IMG/VR virus record: IMGVR_UViG_3300043568_002015
Span: 1-62,080 of that record
Origin: a virus
Taxonomy: Duplodnaviria > Caudoviricetes
Direction: 5' to 3' (one strand)
DNA: 62,080 nt
Below are positions 9,625 to 23,800 of the stretch, piece after piece. The notes beneath the pieces are model-generated. The model saw nothing but the letters and a program-made list of their open reading frames with translations, did no database searches and had not been told where the DNA came from. Both the position numbers and the translations under genes were made by a program. Position 1 is the first letter of the stretch, and each line of letters starts with the position of its first letter.

Positions 9625-10272
9625 TTATCCTATGCTGCTTAGTGATGTTAGTGTTTGAATTCTGACAGTATAGTCGATCTGTATCAGACGGTTTAGAGAT
9701 TTTTGTACTGGGTGGAATACCACATGCGTCAACAGTTTACCAGTGGTGGCCAATCCGTAAGTACCATCTGTACTACGAGCTTTCAACCCCAATTCATCAA
9801 ATGTAAATGTGTCGTTTAAGTTGGTGCTATTATCAAATACTGCTTGTCCTGATGGCTCACCGTAATCCAGTAAGCAAGTTACTAAAATATCTGAATACAC
9901 TTGCCCGGGTACATGGCGTATTTCGATTTTGTTACGTGCTGGATCTGGATTAATGTTACTGGTGTCATCCACTATTTTGCTGTATGTGGGATTGTATAGA
10001 TCAGCATTTTGTGTATTGCTGTTGGCCGGCAAGTAGTTGATGACACCAGTGGGGTCTACGCTGGTGCCGCCGTTGCCAAAGTGCATTTCAAATATGTAAC
10101 TCTGACCTTTGTTGGACAGGCTATATGCAATGGCTTCTGAAATATTTTCATAGTGAATGGCGTTGCGCTTATCGATATACACCTCGCCAGATTCTGGATC
10201 GTGAATTTTGATATGGCCCTGTACGTAAATACCGCCAGTTTCGTCGGGCTTGCTTGTGGATTGATTATTCAT
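9625..10272 (-). CDS. Virion structural protein (baseplate-associated); probable start MNNQST at 10272
   Basis: TFDELGL...LLTHVVFHPVQKS; a late-promoter-like TAAATA (10298-10303) lies inside the longer predicted N-terminus. Confidence 0.65.
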   Translation of the reverse strand: MNNQSTSKPDETGGIYVQGHIKIHDPESGEVYIDKRNAIHYENISEAIAYSLSNKGQSYIFEMHFGNGGTSVDPTGVINYLPANSNTQNADLYNPTYSKIVDDTSNINPDPARNKIEIRHVPGQVYSDILVTCLLDYGEPSGQAVFDNSTNLNDTFTFDELGLKARSTDGTYGLATTGKLLTHVVFHPVQKSLNRLIQIDYTVRIQTLTSLSSIG

Positions 10273-10332
10273 ATTGTGATCTTTACCGTTGTTTGTATAT
10301 TTATCGCCGTTTTCTTGGGTCATTGTAATCTC

Positions 10333-11766
10333 TTAAAATTTCATTATAACGACTTCAATGGTCGCCAACTCGCCGTCTGGCACAGACGCCAGTGCATAAC
10401 CAATTACGCAACCAGGTTGATACAGCGATGGGTCCAAGCGTCCTGCTGTGCCTGGGGCAACTACTGCCAATCGATCACCTTTGGTTATTGGGCCCAGCAC
10501 ATTACATGGCACTCGTCCACTCAGTGCCAATGGCAACCCAGGCACTGCCGAATTCATTAAATATGCTGGATTTGATGATATAACACCAGCAACAGATGTA
10601 GTATGACTAGTCTGTGCCATCTGCAATTCTTCATCAATCAAATCTGATGCATTCCAACTGACCACTGTCCCTGGAGCATAGTTGTGAACAGAAGTATAGT
10701 TTTCTGCCAAGTCGGCGTATTTTGCTTGAATCGACACACCGTACACATTGTTCCACCATGCTGTTGTCGATCCCAGATTGTAGGTCAAGTTTGCACTGGG
10801 TGTGACATTGCTGGCTATATTGGTAAAACTGGCACCACCTGTACCTGAACTATATGTAGATCCGTTGGACCAAAATATCCCATTGGTGGTCATGAGATTA
10901 CCAACAGTGGTTTGTCCACTGACTGTTAATGTTGCCAATGTACCAATGCTGGTGATGTTGGTCTGGGCCGCTGTGCTTAATGTACCAGTCAATGTGGCAC
11001 TGGCATTACCAATAGTGCCTGCATTCACAGTACTTGCTATAATTGTACCTGAACTAGTAACTGCTCCAACCGCCAAACTGGTCAGGGCACCCACACTGGT
11101 GATATTAGGCTGGGCCGGTGTCAACAATGTACCGGCTACTTGTGTGAATGTGCCCTTGGTGGCACTGATGTTACCGGCAGTTATATTGCCAGTGACTGCC
11201 AGAGACGCCAATGCACCCACACTGGTGATATTGGTCTGTGCTGCTGTTGATAGCGTACCAGTTAATACAGCACTGGCATTACCAATGGTACCTGCATTGA
11301 CTGTTGTTGCTGTGACTGTGGTAAATCTACCAGTGGCATGCAATACGTTACCAATCACAGTGTTATTAATTGCAACAAACGATGCGGCATTATTGGACAC
11401 CAGATTGCCGTATAAATTAGCATTGCCGACAATAGTAACGTTTCCAGATATTACAGAGTTCCCGGTCACTGTTAAATTAGCCAGTGTACCTAGTCCAGTT
11501 ATATTGGGTTGGTAATCAGTAGTTATAGTGCCAGTCAATACCGTTCCGGTATTACCAATGGTAGCTGCTTGTATGGTGTTCGAACTTATGCCGCCGGAAG
11601 CATTAATTAACCCAGAAGCGACTATAGTAGTCGCACTGGACATATAATTTTTAAGTGCTGCTGCGGTGACTTTTCGTGTCAATCCGCTGTCTTCGCTGGC
11701 AAAAACAGTACTGTCACTGACGGTGGATAGGGTTACTAAATTCCCAATGGTTACATTGCTTGCCAT
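10333..11766 (-). CDS. Tail fibre-like protein with a C-terminal YADLAE chaperone-like domain
   Basis: Repeated GTLSTAAQTNITSVG units; C-terminal KYADLAE...GRVPCNV.GPITKGD. Confidence 0.7.
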   Translation of the reverse strand: MASNVTIGNLVTLSTVSDSTVFASEDSGLTRKVTAAALKNYMSSATTIVASGLINASGGISSNTIQAATIGNTGTVLTGTITTDYQPNITGLGTLANLTVTGNSVISGNVTIVGNANLYGNLVSNNAASFVAINNTVIGNVLHATGRFTTVTATTVNAGTIGNASAVLTGTLSTAAQTNITSVGALASLAVTGNITAGNISATKGTFTQVAGTLLTPAQPNITSVGALTSLAVGAVTSSGTIIASTVNAGTIGNASATLTGTLSTAAQTNITSIGTLATLTVSGQTTVGNLMTTNGIFWSNGSTYSSGTGGASFTNIASNVTPSANLTYNLGSTTAWWNNVYGVSIQAKYADLAENYTSVHNYAPGTVVSWNASDLIDEELQMAQTSHTTSVAGVISSNPAYLMNSAVPGLPLALSGRVPCNVLGPITKGDRLAVVAPGTAGRLDPSLYQPGCVIGYALASVPDGELATIEVVIMKF

Positions 11767-11805
11767 GATATTCCTTGTGCTATGCTGTATTTATTATACA
11801 TAAAA

Positions 11806-14800
11806 TTATGATCCTCTGAGGAATACTGCTTGCACAGTATCACTATTTTCTAATCCTGACCCTTCCAAGAAATCTGCGCTATATGTTGTGGTAATATATG
11901 CATCTGCTTCGTTTGTCATAAAATCACCTGAATCAGTTATAAAAGAACGTTGAGCTGTATCTGGATTTAAGTTCAGCCATGTGCCTAAATGCACATTTCC
12001 GTTGGTCGATCCAGAGCTGGGAATTAATGATGTAACTCCACTGTCTTCTACTGTGCTTCCAGCTATGTGTACCAATGGAGTTCCGGTCTTATCTGCTCCA
12101 CGACGTATTTGTGCAAGTGTGTTGGCACTAACTTGTGTCACATTGGCTGCAATGTTGGCAAATGTTGTGGAATATACATTGCCCGATGTCAAATATATGT
12201 TTCCGCTGTGCGTAATCAAGCTGCCAGTGCTGATAACAGCATTGGCTGCCCAGGCAATCTTGCTTTCAGTTGCATAGTTTCTCCAATACACGATCTTTTC
12301 ACTGTTGATGTATATAACCCCAGGCGTGTTATATGCAATATTTGGTGTTGAAAATACTGATGCATTAGCAACACTGATGCTGGTGTCAGTCAGATTTAAA
12401 TTAGCAGACAGAACGCTGGTATTAGCAATCTTGTAATACTGTGGCCAGAGACTGGCATTGGTGCCACTACTGTTGGCAATGGTGTTGGATACCATACGGT
12501 AAGCCACTATCTGTGTATTACTGAACAGTTTGGTATAAACTTTAATACCCAAGTGGTCAAATGTTTGTCCTGGTACCAATTCCTCAGGTGCATGACTACT
12601 GAAAGTATCATAGTAAGCACCACCATCAATATTGATATCTTCAGCGCGAGTACCCAGTGCTGAATCCATGTAAGCACTCTGTATACTGCTGTCCAGGTTG
12701 ATTGGATCATTGTCATCATAATATCTCAGTGCAACATTACTGCCATGAGCTATGCTAAACGTCGTACCAGCAATCTCCGACAATTGCAGGCGATCATTGG
12801 TGATGTTAACTATCTTGAATGTTAAATTAGCTGATACCGGCAAATCTAGATTGGATACTGTCAAATATTCACCAGTGGCATATTCTGTTGTGGTAAAATC
12901 AAATACACTGATGTTGCTGCTGATCAATGACAGATTATTGTGATGATAACTCAGTATGTTACTGGTGATGTTGCTGCTGAAGGCATTGAACTTGACACCT
13001 TGAACCTGGACTCCAGGATACTCGACACCGTATACTAATTTGTGCAGATCTCGTCCTGGCATTCCCTCACCAGGGGCATAGTAGGCCATGATGCGATCAT
13101 TGGCATTGTCGAAATCACCAGCACCAATCTTGGTATATTGACTGTAGTCAAATATGTTGTTGACGGTTGCTGGACGAACATTGGATGCTGTGCCATTGAT
13201 TCTGATGTTTCCACCACGAGCGTAATATGCACCAGTCAGGTTGCCCACTGTAATGACGTTGGCCCCGGTGATGGCTGTAACCACTCGAGCGTTACCATTG
13301 GCATTGGCCTGTGTGATATAATCACCCACATTGGCTGTGATATTGCCATTCAACTTCATAGTGGTTGTACTGTATACGTTGGCTTTGGCTTGCCATGCTG
13401 CCCCTGCGTATCGTACATTGGCATTGGCTGCAATGGTGACATTGCTGGCCCAATCAATGATGCTGCTGGTGTAGCTGACACGGTCAAACTTTAAATTACT
13501 ATTGAATGTGCGTACCTTGTTGTAGCTCTTGTCTATAAATTGCGTATAGCTGTTGACTGCCGTCACACTAGTGGCCAGATTGCTATCTGCCAGATACAGC
13601 AGGTTACCATTGTTAAATGTACCAGCAGTATCAATTAACGATATAACGTTACCATTGATAACGTCGGCATATACCGTGCCTTGACTGACAGTATTGGGCT
13701 GGAATACCACATTACCAGTGTACACTGTGACATTGCTGCTGATGGTCAAGTCAGTGGTGGGCAGGCTGTCTATATAGTATTCACCAACCAAATGAGCATA
13801 CGCCAATGCCCCAGATCCTGTACCATTGATGTTAATGGTTGGCTGGCTGGTGAACCCAGTACCAGGTTTAATTATCTCGAATCTGCTGATGGTGTTGGTA
13901 AGGACATCTAAATGAGCTATGACATTAGCCCCGGTTCCGCCTCCACCAGTCACTGTGACTTGTGGGACTTCGTAGTAACCACCAGACTGTAATGTATATG
14001 AATTTATGTCGCCTACATTCACCTGCAGGTTAGCACCATTACGAAAAATGTAAGCATTGTCTATACTGATGGCAGTGACATTGGCTGCTAAGTTGGCACT
14101 GTCGCGATACAGGTATGTATTGGCGGCTGCTGTTGTATCAAATGCACCAACCACATTGCTGATGGTTACTATATTACCGGTGGATGTATAATATACATCA
14201 CCGTAAGCACCAGTACTCAATTGGGTCACTACATTACCAACCCAGACATTGGTATTGGCACTCAGTGTCAATTGTTCAATGATATTGGTGAAAGCGCCAG
14301 TGACCTCCTGCAATGTCATGATGGTATCCACGCTGTTGATGTATACTCGACCATTGGCTCCAGTGCTGGGCTGTGTGACATAATCGCCAGCATTGACTGT
14401 TGTTGCTGCGTTCCATAGACCTAGAGTTATTACAGGAATATCCTGGGTATCACCGGCATTGACCACATCGATTGAACCAATTCCATAACCATAATTGGCA
14501 TACCAATCTTTATAGATAGCAGTGGTAGATACAGTGGTCACATCCTTGTCCATGGTCAGATCAGGACTACGGTATTTCCCTAATTCAGAGTCGTATGTGC
14601 TGGGTAAGTCAAAGTCAGTTACGTCATGCGTATATGTATCTGACCCCTGGTAATCCAACAGATACTCACGTAGGCTGGTACGATAGGGCTTGACCTCATT
14701 GATATAGCTTTCGTAATAAGTCTGGTTGTCTCTGATGTAGTTGGGGAACTGTTCCAGTTTACGCAATTGATGAACAATGCTGACAAAGCTGGTCTTGAAA

Positions 14801-17800
14801 ATCCAATCCACTGTCTTCTGTTCAGTCAAAATGTAATTGATCAAGAAGAAGAACATTTCGTTGAACTTGCCAGCCAATCGTTCTCTAAATATATCGTTTT
14901 GTAAGGTGTCAAATATAATACGGATTTCGTATTGTGACTCTGGGCTACCGTCGTATAGATTACTGTTTAACTGTATGGTGCCGGATTGTACGCCCACCAG
15001 ACTTTCTGTCAGGGTGTCATCGTATCGGTACACTTCCCATTGGCCACGGCCGTTGTTTAAAACTTTGACAGTATTTCCTGACGACAATGTCAATGTCTGT
15101 ATGTCTGCAATGGTAGCCACTTGATACGTAGGCTTGACTGTATATTCGTAAGTGCTATCATACCAGTCAATTTTACTCCAATAGAATGGAGTATAATAGC
15201 TCTGTGTTGTGGTCAATGTAAATGCCGCAGTTGCCCCTGAAATAGCAAGGGTGTAAGTTGACCATAGTCCCTGTTGGGTTTCATCATTGATTACCAACAC
15301 CACATAACCAGACTGTAATCCATTTACGTCAATATAACCCAATTCTTCGTAGCTGTCCACAGTCAAGTCGTAATCTTCAGCGATTGGTAGTGCTTCTGAA
15401 GAATACAGACGGTCAATAATAAAATCATTGACCACTGGTACTGTCAGCAATACGGTATTGACATATGCCACCCAGCTCTTGACTGCTGCAATGCGATCAA
15501 CAAATATAGTTTGTCCACGATCGATGCCTACGTTGCTCTGGATAGGCAGTGTGGTGTCCGGGACTGCACGATTATACTGATCCCGCCCAGCCAGGCTGTC
15601 ACGTAATTTATTGACTATGCGTTCAGGTATATCGCTATTGGCATTGCCCTCTTGAATTAATTGATACTCACTGTGAATAATGTTGTCGTTTTTAACATAA
15701 TCATAATCCATGTGCAATACTGTGGTGTTGCCAGTGATGTAGTTGCTGATGTTATACAGACTAATTGTGTCGTTACGAACCACAGCAGCGTAAGGAATAC
15801 CCTGCGTCTGAGGGCTTCTGATCATATCTTCCAGGGTAACGATACTATTTCTGCGAGCAGTAATATTTGTGTCCACACTGGTTTTATTGATTACCCAATA
15901 ATAGTAACGACTGCGTATGATTTTTGTAGCAGGATCAACATATGTCTCTGACACAAATGCGCTGTTGTCGATTGGATACAGCGGAGTTCCGTCACCAGTA
16001 TACTGACCTGGTAATTCAGAACTGACAATCCATTCTGCTATCTGTATTTGACTGTCCGGGAACATGGTGGCCCAATTGCTGGCTCTATAAGGTAATGATC
16101 CTTGTTCGTAATCCAGGAATCTTACCAGATCCAAATTCCACCAGGTTTTACCAACTTGTGTGGCTCCCCAGGTGTGGTCTAAATTAACGCTGACGTCATT
16201 ACTGACGTAATCTGTAGCACCAGCTGAGTTATACACAGCCGGATCATATGCTGTCCAGAAATCGATATCCTGTTCGGCTTGACCCAACAATTTACCTTTG
16301 GCTGGATCAATGTGATCCAGGTTAGTAAGTATGGAATTAGACACTGTATCGAATAGATACATACGTGTAATGCTGTCTATATCCACTTTAGGAGTCTGCG
16401 AGCTTATGGTATCCCATCCAACATTACCAGTAAAGTTATAATAGGTATAGTAAGTACCAGCATTGATGGCACGAGTCAACGCACCAGTTTCTGGATCAGC
16501 ATATATAACCGTGTTGTCATCACCTGGCGCACCAATCAATAAAGTATCATGGCTGCTGGCCAGACTACTTCCAAATTGGTCGTATGCAGTTAATATAGAA
16601 TTTTGTAGTCGTTGTACAAAAGTCATTTGATCTTGAGCGCCACCGCTCAAAGCGCCACTGACCAATCCATATACATATACTGCACCAGCTGATGGTATAG
16701 GATCCAGGAATGTTGTTGCACCCTGATCCAATAATGTAGTTTCAGCATCAATTGTTAAATTATTATAGGTAGTACTACCAGGACCCGACACTATTAGTGA
16801 ATTTCCGCTGGGATTGATTGATAATTGCGTACCAAATCCATTGATGTCATCTTGGCCCAGATGTCGTATAGTTTGTAGGTTTGTGTATACAGTAATACCC
16901 AGGTTGGCAAATACATTGCTGTTATTGCCAGGTGTCAATACCAATTTGTCCACTGCACTGACGATGTTACTGGTAATGGTTATTGTGTCATACAATGTAA
17001 CAGTGGCAGTGATGCCAGCAATATTTGCACTATTAATATTAGCCGTAATGGATTGTATGTTACCCACTGTGCTGCCCACGCTGTTGGCGCCAAATGTAAT
17101 CAATCGCCCATTAATACGGAAACTATCGCCCACCTTAACCAATGGCAATGTAGCTGTGGCCAATACTTCCCCATATCGTTCACCAGTATTAACAAAGCGA
17201 TAAACCAACCCGCTGTGGTAACCAGGCTCACTGTAGCCAGGACTACTGACATATATATCTGCGTCGTTACCACTGATATCAGCAGCACCACCAAAACCAG
17301 CACCACTAGTCAGGCTAGGTGCTGCTAGTTTTTCCATCAATTGGAACTTATTGGTCTCAATTGTTACGTCCATGCCCACCATTGGGGCTGTGGTAAAGTT
17401 AATGGCTGTAGCATTGGATGTAAATCCAGCAGTTTGTTCAACACCGTTTATGCCAACACGTACTGTGCTAGAGGTAATTGGTTGTTGTGTAAAGAATGCA
17501 GTACGCCCATTGGCGGTAAACGTTTCTATACTGCGATCATATACGTATACTGCACCAGCAGCACTGATGCTGTTGATTGCTTCATAAGGTGCACTGATTA
17601 TAGTCTGGCTGGCATCGCTGGTTGTCTTGACGATGCTACCAAATGCCACGTTGGCATAGCTGCCCACAGAAATAGTATTTGCATAGGTGTAGTAATTGTT
17701 GGCATTGGCGTGGAATACCTCCACATTACCAGAATTGGGTGCTCCAACAAATAACCATGTATTGTCTGAACTAGCACTAATACTATAACCAAATTGGTTA

Positions 17801-20800
17801 CCAGTATTACTTCCCCAGTTACTGGTCAACCGTTGTATCTGTGTAACGGTTGTATTACCATTAAAGCTATAAACATAGACACGGCCATATTGAGCACTGG
17901 TACCAGGAGCACCTACATATAATAAGTTGCCGCGGATATCCAAACTGCTACCAAATCTAGTTATAGTATCAGTTGTACCAATATTAGCTATTTGTGACAG
18001 CACATTACCATTGGTCACGTTGGCCACAAATACTGCCACGTTGCCATTCATTACATTGGGCATACCTGCGGCAGCAAAGTTACCATCACTGCTGATAGCA
18101 GCAACAGAACCATAGCCTGAATCGCTGACGTAAGTGTTGCCTGTCAGATTCATACCTGAAGTAGTTAAGTTAGCTGCTGACCATGGCGTACTCTTGTTGT
18201 ACACAGCCCAGACACCATCACCGTTGTCATCTACCCACAGTTTGTCATTGTCCTTCCAGGTTTTGGCAGGAGTAATATCAGCCAAGTTGGTGGGTGATTT
18301 TAAACGTTGACTTTGCAGTCTCATAATTGGAGCCAGACCAGTGACAGTCTGTGCATTCATTAGCTGATCCAATGTACTGCCAGTCATGATAATATTGATA
18401 CTGACTGCTGAATTGATATTTATTACTTGATAGAATCCATCAAATCTGTCGTCAAAACCTTTTATTACTATTAGATCGCCGTAATATAGATCGTGTGATT
18501 TTTTAGTTGTGACTTCTACAGAATTGTCCACACCGTAGGTCATACTGATGATTGCTGCACCAGTCTCATACACACGATAAACATTCCAATTGCCACCAAA
18601 ATCTTTGGCACACCAAATTTTATACCCAATAGTGACTTGACTCAACTTACTGTTTAATGAACGGTAATTGCCGATGTCGTATATGGTGGCATCGACATCG
18701 TTTTCGTTGACATAACCAGCCGCAAGTATATCGTTTTCGTAGATACTAGTGTCATCCCGATTGAGATAAATTTCTGGAGTATACGACGATGTATTTCTAT
18801 ACAGCAAATCTGGAGTGATGCCAATTATGTTATCGGTGCTGGATCCATTATTGGGCAGCAGCGTAAATGTAGCAGGATCACCAGTAAACGAAGCTTCATC
18901 CAGCTGTAATTCCACATACTGATTGTTTTCAATAGCACCGTATTCTCCAGTGCGTAGAGCCCATTCTTCATACAAATTAATAGTACTGGTTACGCCGTTG
19001 AATCCAGCAGCAGTAAACGCATTGATGGCGTTAATGGTGCCCTTTTCTTTAATGAATCCCTGATAAAATTTAGCCTGTGTGGTTTTGTCGATACCAAAAT
19101 CTGTCATGTATTGACGTGGACTGAATCCAATCATACCTTGACTAAAATCTTCCATGCCCAGTGTGGGTTCAGGATTGTCTATATCAAATACGTTGTTAAA
19201 ACGTTGAGCATTGTAGCTGAAGTTGGGCAGCAGACCGGACTTGACCTGATCCCCAGGTATTTGACGCCAATCATTAATAATGAAATCTGGGGTAGCCACT
19301 AAATCACTCAATGCTGCATAATACAGTCCCTTGAAGGTAACCAGACTGCCTTTATTGTAATCCACTCCAGGCAACCATTCATCAATTATAGGGTTGTTGT
19401 AGATAAATCCTGGGGGATTCATTTCCCCACGCCATCCTCCAGTTTTACTACCCACCAATTTTAGTCGGTATTGTCTATTACCCAATTCAGGTTTGTAGAT
19501 GATGTCGTTGAATACTGTTGTATTATCGAATATCAATACATGCTCGTACTCCACAACGTTCAATGTGGCCAGTGCAATGGTCTGGCCTTGGTTAGCTGTT
19601 ACTGTGAATCGATTGTCTGTTCTGGTCACAGTAAATTGATTTTTACGAATAAATCCAAATCCAGTGTCTAGAATTCTAGCACCATCTGGAGTATTGACAA
19701 TCGCGTCCACTGTGCCACTATCAACAGTCAATGTTAATTTGTTCAGTATGGGGCTAAGAACCAAGATGTTGGTCTCTTTCCAACCCTGTTGGCTCCATAA
19801 CAGGAATTCTCTGATACTTAATTTAAAATCTCGTTGTATTTCGTAATCACGATCAAACTCAGTCATAACCATACCAATGGCACGTAAATAACGCTCATAG
19901 CTGATTAAGAAATCCACAATCTGTTGCTTGTTGGTGAACTCATACCCATATGGTACTGTTAGTTTATACTGTTGAAAATCGTTATAAATCACACCAGTGT
20001 CGGAATTGACTTTAATGCCATAGGCATTATTGTTGGCTAAACTTGGTATAATAGTGAAGTATGGATTATCCTGATCGTATCCGCTGACTGTGTATCCATT
20101 GGCACTTTTCTCTACAATAACTGCACTATAGACTATGGTATTAATGGGCGTAGACTTGTACAATGCCAAATTATAATTTTCAGCTGGTATAACTACACCA
20201 CTGTTGGTGCTGGTGGGACTGCTTTGCTCAGCAATGACTTCCAACAATGTTGGATCGCTGAATCCGGCCATCTTGTAAGCCAACTGAACTTTTACATTAT
20301 TAAAGTATGTGGTTAATTTGGTAACCGGATCAATACCTTGATTTTTTAAATAATCAGCAACCCAATTGATATACCCAGCAGAACGTACCACTGTTAGACC
20401 AGTGGCATCACCATTAATGTCTATTTCTGTGCTAGTGATTCGCCGCAGGGTATCTGATAGTACGTATTGTCCTAAAACGGTATTTTTGTAGTATCTGGTG
20501 ACATTCATCAATGTACCAAAATAATAACCAGGTTGGCTGATGGCAATCGCCTGCTGTAATGCAAAAGGAAAATCGCTACTACGTCTCCAGGCTGTTTCTA
20601 CTGGTCCCTGATCACCAACAGCATAACTAGCGTTGGCGTCGTTGCTGTTAAATCCGCGCACCAGAAATTGATCTGGGCTACGCAATTGTCCGAATTCGTC
20701 CACTGGTATAAAGTTGAGCAATACAGGTCGAGCAAAACGACTGTCTACACCAGCACGTGGACCGGCGTGGATATACCCACGTGACAGTTCTTCCCACAAT

Positions 20801-23800
20801 ACCAGGTTACCACCAGTGTATGGTGCTGGGCCGTATCTTGTTTCCCACCAGTCTGGCTGTTCTGAAAATCCCAACATTTCCCACGGACATTGGTGCGGGC
20901 GATCAGTGTCGAACATGTATTTAAATATGCTGCGCCATGCTCCAGTCAATTGCTCACCGTTGACACTGTCACGGAATCGACGATAGTTCCAGGTGAATGG
21001 GTCACCTGCGTCAAAATAGGTATTGTTAGTAAAATCTACACGATTGCTACCAGCCCATTTAAGGAAGGGCGATGTCAGCAAACGATTGAATTCGCTGTAT
21101 GAATAATTCTGTGTACGGAATTTTCCAGGTATGTAATTGTGCAGATCAAAATCATTGGCTGTATAATCAGCCTTGATGTTATTGTAAATACGTTTTTCAA
21201 ATTCCAATAATAAATCATCACGGAAGTCACCAAACGCTGGCGTGATACTACCATCATGGCCTTGTATCACCATCACTGGTTCACGGTATGTGTTGTCCAG
21301 ATACATACTGGGGCGGAATTTAGGATATAGACCCAACTTAGTGGGAGTTTCTGGAATGTAATTACCGTCAGTATTTTCGTACTCTACTATGGTCAGAGTG
21401 TCGCCAGCATTCAATGGATAGTCAGCTGCAATAGTGAACCCAGCTCTGGTTGTATCAAAAGTGTAATCCAATCCCTTGACCAATTGCACATTGTTAATGT
21501 ACACCAATGTGCCACGATTACTTAGAGCAAAGTCATCAAAAATACTAGTTATCTCATAACCACGTATCTCAGCATTGACTATGGGATATTCGATGACATT
21601 TTTGGTATCTCCGTACGGTACCATGTCGCTGTAATACCATGGAAATGTACGATTTTTTACTTCGTTAATTTTCTTTAGTATAACATCAGTTGTGACCACA
21701 GCGTCAGTCAAGTCTAGCCCCGACATTGTGGCGGATAATTCCAGAAACTTATTCTTGATGTTACTATACTCGTGACGAGCTAAATTCAATCCTTTAAGGA
21801 AGTTTGTGTCGTGATCCACCAGGAATAATTCACTGTATAAAACTGGACTAGCATGTTGAACTATGCTGCCGCCCTGTTGTTTAACCGGAACATCTCTGAT
21901 ATTATTGGATCCCAGCGCATTTCCCACAATACGATTACTATTGCCTACAATCGTAGTAAGATGATTTCGTAATTGCCCCAAGGTTAAATCTGTAAAGTTT
22001 TTATTTTCAGTATTGTAATCTAGATTCTTGGGAACTTCGTAATATCCCAAGCCACTGACAGTATCACTGTATATCAAAATATCATAGTGATCACCCAACG
22101 CTGGTGAGCTGTTGGTTATATCAACAAACTTTCTGACACCAATGGTCAATAAGGAATATTGGCTGACACTAAGTTCTATACTATTTTTGTAAACTCGGAA
22201 ATAAGGCAATTGTCCAGATGCATTGGCTGTTATATCGAAAGGAATACCTGCTGTGGTACCATTGTATACACTCTCGATAATTTGAAATTGCTTGCTGGGC
22301 TCGGAGGTAGTGGTCCAGATATTTCTAGGTGTATACTGGGTAAGACTGATGTTTTTACGCAACAGGTTGCGATTTAATGATGTATTACTGTTATCAGTGT
22401 AACTAAAAACATCAGTGTCAAAATTGTTTACAAATTGAATATCACCAATTTGATTGAAATTTCTATAACTCAGTGGGAATCCCAGAACACTATCGTTATT
22501 GCCATTGCCTAATTTATAGCTGAAAATCTTTGTACCAGTAAAATCACTATCAGGATAGATGGTGGCGTCTGTTATGCTATAGCCATTGGTGTCAATGACG
22601 TCAAATAATGGTGTTTGATTGATGCCTGTTTTGGCTTGCGATTCAATCCAGTCAGCGCCATCGTAATAGAACTCTTTGCCCTGGCTAGTGCCCTGCAATA
22701 CCACTAGATTGTTATACGGCTGAATTTCATAGTCATCAGCCAATACTAAATTAATAATATTAACACCGTTGATCAGCTCAATATTAATGGTATAGATTTT
22801 ATTTGTTATGTTAGGGTCAAAATCATTAGCGAATACCACACGCATGCCATCTTGCAGTGTTACACCATCCAATACGTATGTTGTCTCTAGTTCAATATCT
22901 TCAAATGCGTCGATCGGGTCCAGATATAGAATGTCAATGGGAGCCTTGGCCACACGACCAAAGTTGAATAATTGTATGTCAGCATCAAATTCAATGATGG
23001 GTCTGTTGGCACGTGACGCTTGATCCAAGATCAGCTCAACATTATTGTAAGATGCTGTGGATATTATTACATCTATATGGAACCATCGATTGCTACGACT
23101 CCAGCCGTTTAAGTCCATTGAACCACGATTAATCGTGATGTAATCCTGCGACTCAACTCCATTTACAGCATAATCCTCTGGAGTCAAGAAGTCGGTGATT
23201 GGTAGTAATTTAATGCCTGTACCCACACCATCAACGTAGTATATCTTACTGTCGTAGCTGTTGGGAATGGCACTGGTGTCGAATCGCACTTTTAATCCAT
23301 TGGTAAATTTTACACCATTGGGACTAGTATAATTAGTGCGTCCTAAAATTTCATTGTCGACATTGATGGTGCTGTTGCTAACCGAAACTACGTCCATGGA
23401 TCCAACCATTGTCGCAATGGCTCCGTCCTGGTAATATAACACTGCCGATGGCGCTGTGATATCAGGGACCGGCAAGAATGCTTGTGCATCAGGATCTAAA
23501 TAGTATGTAAATTCACCGCGCTCTACTCCACCCTTGACATACACCTTTTGGTTGTTGGCTACGGCAATATTAGTTTGTAAATCAATGGTGAAATCACCAG
23601 ATCCATTGGCCACCAGATTGATTCTCCACACACCACGGCGATCTTCTACTGGCACTACCAGTGCTGGATCAATGGGAGTATTGATTCCACTTACGTTGCT
23701 GGAAATAGTCCATTGGACGTCGTCGATGTCCTGGTTGGTGAAGATAAATGTCTTGTTTAGCAATTGACTTTTTAAGCCGTCAATTCCTCCCAGGGAATCA

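Noticed and set aside
3962-11766. DGR template/variable repeat pair among the fibre genes
   Set aside because: The similarity is protein-level paralogy without adenine-specific mismatches, and there is no reverse transcriptase in the window.
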